This document shows, piece by piece, positions 61,220 through 64,000 of a stretch of DNA of 64,000 nucleotides (its first letter is position 1; every line of letters starts with the position of its first letter). The position numbers were made by a program, and so were the translations under genes. The notes below the pieces were generated by a model, which worked only from the letters and a program-made list of their open reading frames with translations, was not told where the DNA came from and ran no database searches. The DNA is from Curvularia clavata (taxonomy: Eukaryota). The stretch lies in the NCBI GenBank assembly GCA_023920165.1, contig CP089277.1:1798001-1862000 (forward strand), given 5' to 3'.

Positions 61220-62880
61220 ATGGTTCAAAAGGGGCTCTTCATCAATAACGAAGTGCGTCGAGCCTGGACATTGAGATACGGTCTTTTTCTACCATGCTGA
61301 TTCCCACTAGTACGTTGACTCGACATCAGAGGAGGTTCTGACAATCTACTCTCCTCACGATGAATCTCTAGTCTTGGACGGTGTCCAAGTGGCCTCTCTA
61401 GCCGACGTTGACAAGGCCGTTGCAGCCGCTCGCAAGGCTTATGAGGGCGAGTGGGCTACATGGACGGCCCAGCAGCGTACCGATGTCATGAATCGGTTTG
61501 CAGACTTGCTCGATAAGCACGCGGCAGAACTTGCAACTTGGGAGGCTAAGAGCATGGGGCAGCCAGTTGGGGTCACTCAGTTCATGTACGGATTTGCTTC
61601 AAGCGCCTTCCGTTACAACGCCGGCTGGACAAACAAGATTCCTGGCGAGCAATGGCCTGAAGAGAATGGCATTTACAAGGTATATTTAGTCTTTTTTTTT
61701 TCTTTCAGACTCCCGAGAAGTATTGCTAACGAAATATCAGATTGTCCAGTACGAGCCGATTGGAGTCTGTGCAGGCATTGGAGCCTGGAATGGTGCTCCG
61801 CTCTTCTTTGCTCTTAAAGTTGCTCCCGCTATGGCCGCTGGATGTACCATGGTTTACAAGCCGTCCGAAAAAAGTCCAATTGGAGTCTTGCAATTGGGAG
61901 ATCTAGTCAAGGAGGCTGGTTTCCCCGCCGGTGTAATCAACATTGTTACTGGAGATGGGAGGGTAGGCGCTGCAATGGCTGGTCATATGGGTATTGATAA
62001 GATTAGCTTTACGGGCTCTGTACCTGCAGGAAAGAAGGTTCAGGAACTTGCGGGGAAGAGGTATGGTACCATCAAAATACGAAGACGTCTTGAACACTCA
62101 CACACACATCTAGCAATCTCAAACGCGTCACGCTCGAGCTTGGTGGAAAATCACCATCCCTGATCTTTGCAGATGCAGACATCGAAAACGCTCTTCAGCA
62201 CCACAGCCAAGCCTTCTTGATGAACAGCGGTCAGGCTTGCATTGCAGCAACCCGCACGTTTGTGCATGAAGACATTATTGACGAATTTGTCAAGCAACTC
62301 AAAGTGCATTTCGAACGACTCAGCAACGCCATGGGACATCCTGAGAAGCCAGAAACCTTGTTTGGTCCCTTGGCTGACGGCAAGCAGTTTGCGCGCGTCA
62401 TGGAGTACCTCGAGATAGGCAAGAAGGAGGCCTCGCTCCTCACGGGTGGAACGAGAAAAGGCAGCAGCGGGTTCTATGTTGAGCCAACTATCTTCCTCAA
62501 CCCCTCGGACGATGCGCGCATATACCGAGAAGAGATTTTCGGGCCGGTCATCACCATACGCACATTCAAGACGGAAGAAGAAGGTATCCGCATGGCAAAT
62601 GATACAGACTATGGCCTGTCAGCTTGCGTCTTTACAGCCTCTGTACCCCGTGCCCTACGCATTGCGAGGAAGATCAACTCGGGTATGGTGAATATCAACA
62701 CGTCCCAGCAGGCTGGGGTGGAGGCACCTTTTGGTGGCTTCAAGCAAAGTGGGCTTGGCAGGGAATGCGGGAGGGCGGGTCTGATGAATTATCTAGAAGC
62801 CAAGACAATTTGCATCAAGTAAGTATGCTTGGTTATCTTCAGGAACAATGGACTAACGAGTTAACAGTATGAATATTTAA
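61220..62880 (+). CDS. NAD(P)+-dependent aldehyde dehydrogenase (intact)
   Basis: GLFINNE, EPIGVC..AWN, KPSEKSP, SFTGS, TLELGGKSP, NSGQACIA, EEIFGP, PFGGFKQSG; four introns. Confidence 0.93.
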
Positions 62881-64000
62881 GCAGCGAGTGTAGATTGACA
62901 AACGGTACCAGTAAGAAATGCTCTTTGTACTGGGCTGGACGTAGCATTCTATGTCATGTGCTATTTTCATACAGTCTATAGAGTTCAGCAAATCAATTTT
63001 TGTTCGCTCTCAACGATGTTCCTTGGCTCGGTCTCAGATAGAAGTGTGGTTTGTACGAGGAAACGTGTTCTCGTCTTTGTTTGTTTTTTCCCTTCTGGAA
63101 TGCACCCACGTGTGCAGATCCGAACACAATTGGCGCTTTGGCGTGCTCGTGGACAGAACAGAGAGTGGTCCGCAAGCAACAAAAAGAATAAGAAAGCATT
63201 GCTCTTCGCCGTTATCATCCGCTCCAAGGCGAGCGTGTCGGTGTAGAGAGAGTGTTTCGTGGAGCCTGCTCAATGGTCGCTCCCCCAAGTCCACGCTCTT
63301 ACTACGCTGTGTCACTGGCCACAACCTCTTCTGCAATCCGAACCGGTTAATAGTCATATGTATAACAAGGTGACATGGCGCTTTTGGGATGGTTACAGGC
63401 CGGTCAGTGGGATCAGCTTAGAGCTAATTGACTGGGTCGCAGGCGTTGCGTGGGGTCCGGTTCTAGTGGTGGCTGATCCTCGGTCTAATTGTTGAGCTGA
63501 GTTTCCAGAAATGGAACTTTGTGAGCGACAGGACACGAAGTCACAGACATGTCGTATGCAGGACAAGACGAGGGCAGCTCCCCGGCACGTGGGATGAGTG
63601 GCCGGCGTAGTGACAGACTAGTGGAGCCAAACCAGGCTAGGCAAGCGAATGACGCCCAGCCTCTCCCGCCGCCGTCGCCGCCTGCATGCCGGTATGCATC
63701 TGGCTGGGCCGTCACACGTCACTGGTGTGTGAATGCACAGCTCGTCCCCTCATTTTCTCATCTGACTGGTTGACACCGAACCGTCAGCCCTTGGTTTCGC
63801 CGTGAGGTTGGGACCGGGGAGCTGCACCAAGCTTGCTTTCGCGATAGCTTCGTCCTTGCTTGCGGAGGGCTTGCCCCAACAATGTCTCCCACTCCATCCG
63901 TGCTCCGTCTTCCAAGGACCTCCAGCCTCCTTTGGCCCCACTGAAACCTTCGCCAGCTGACCTGGGCTGCGACTGCGACGCTGGTTCAATCTTTCGGAAG

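Noticed and set aside
63750..64000. Minus-strand frame open to the right edge
   Set aside because: Could be the 3' end of a gene outside the window, but has no recognisable motif.
1..64000. tRNA, rRNA, snoRNA genes, CRISPR arrays, Starship captain
   Set aside because: None recognised by eye; tRNAscan/Infernal were not available, so small RNAs cannot be excluded.

Overview
Gene-dense, intron-containing genomic DNA of a filamentous ascomycete, probably a Pleosporales/Dothideomycete judging by protein resemblance only. Most of the window is conserved housekeeping genes: NHX1 (5' part), a sucrose/alpha-glucoside transporter, a GH6 cellulase, RIT1 with an extra C-terminal domain, POS5, a lysophospholipid acyltransferase, an aquaporin, ELP3, a four-exon V-ATPase subunit f, RAD16, ARB1, FYV10, BMT5, LSC1, MRPL7, a USP deubiquitinase, PHO88, a Zn2Cys6 factor and an aldehyde dehydrogenase. 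Two accessory blocks interrupt it. (1) 20.6-32.9 kb: a RIP-inactivated Fot1/pogo transposon with perfect 45-bp TIRs, then a compact candidate catabolic cluster: a Zn2Cys6 regulator, an SSADH-type ALDH pseudogene, a peroxisomal flavin amine oxidase, an orphan Fe(II)/2OG dioxygenase, an intronless HglS/YdcJ (DUF1338) 2-oxoadipate dioxygenase and possibly an HPP membrane protein. Four of its promoters share a bipartite GTCTCAY-N8-CC(CG) motif, so it is the best candidate for an undescribed system, probably lysine/diamine catabolism to 2-hydroxyglutarate. (2) 37.7-41.4 kb: a frameshifted PNP_UDP-NACHT-ankyrin NLR. All family assignments come from recognising motifs by eye; no database search was run.
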